This document shows, piece by piece, positions 47,643-47,906 of a stretch of DNA of 47,906 nt (its first letter is position 1; each line of letters begins with the position of its first letter). A model generated the notes under the pieces. It had not been told where the DNA came from, did not search any database, and was given only the letters and a program-made list of their open reading frames with translations. A program made the translations under genes and the position numbers. Source of the DNA: Octopus bimaculoides (taxonomy: Eukaryota). The stretch spans positions 39,368,411 through 39,416,316 of the forward strand of contig NC_068981.1 of NCBI RefSeq assembly GCF_001194135.2. The letters are read 5' to 3'.

Positions 47643-47688
47643 TCTCCGATGAAGGGATATATAAAATATTCCAGAAATAGCTGTAAGA
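47643..47688 (+). ncRNA. Decayed hammerhead copy (right arm)
   Basis: UCU CCGAUGA AGGGAUAU-AUAAA-AUAUUCCA GAAAU AGCU GUA AGA; core substitutions U4C and C15.2U. Confidence 0.6.
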
Positions 47689-47906
47689 CCTTCTCTTTAT
47701 AAATGTTCTGAAATCTTTCACAGCCTTGGATTTTTATCTCATTCTGTTAATTTTTTATATATATATGCATGCTAATATATGACCTACATTGGACTCCTCA
47801 TTAGCATAATCACCGAACTTGGAACTTAACAATAGTCTGTCCATAGCACTTACTCAGCATTATCTGACACATTTGGGTCTTCTTGACACCATTATCTCTC
47901 ATAACC

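Larger units (their letters stand above)
46930..47906. mobile_element. ~1-kb foldback (inverted-repeat) element carrying hammerhead motifs; possibly Penelope-derived
   Basis: Arms about 46930-47374 and 47454-47906 are reverse complements; 79-bp spacer with a duplicated gtgttattg(a/g)atcaagggtttttt. The right arm may continue past the window. Confidence 0.88.

Overview
AT-rich (non-bacterial) animal genomic DNA with three N-gaps, many microsatellites and dense, mostly decayed transposable elements. The SINE and MITE families resemble those I recognise from Octopus (inference; a repeat-library search would confirm it). No intact protein-coding gene is visible; only a few short candidate exons are. 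The decayed elements are a near-full-length Tx1/L1-clade LINE, a near-full-length R4/Dong-clade RT plus restriction-like endonuclease LINE with several further Dong-type remnants, RTE LINE pieces and their non-autonomous tail-sharing derivatives, two Naiad-type Penelope-like (GIY-YIG) fragments, mariner/maT remnants, piggyBac-like MITEs and two tRNA-derived SINE families. The most interesting signal is three sequence-unrelated type I hammerhead ribozyme motifs. One lies in the 3' UTR of a Naiad fragment, one inside a 36-bp hairpin, and one occurs twice in the arms of a ~1-kb foldback element. A second signal is repeated, same-orientation stacking of retroelements in (TAA/TTA)n microsatellites. 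All folds and translations were read by eye and need computational confirmation.
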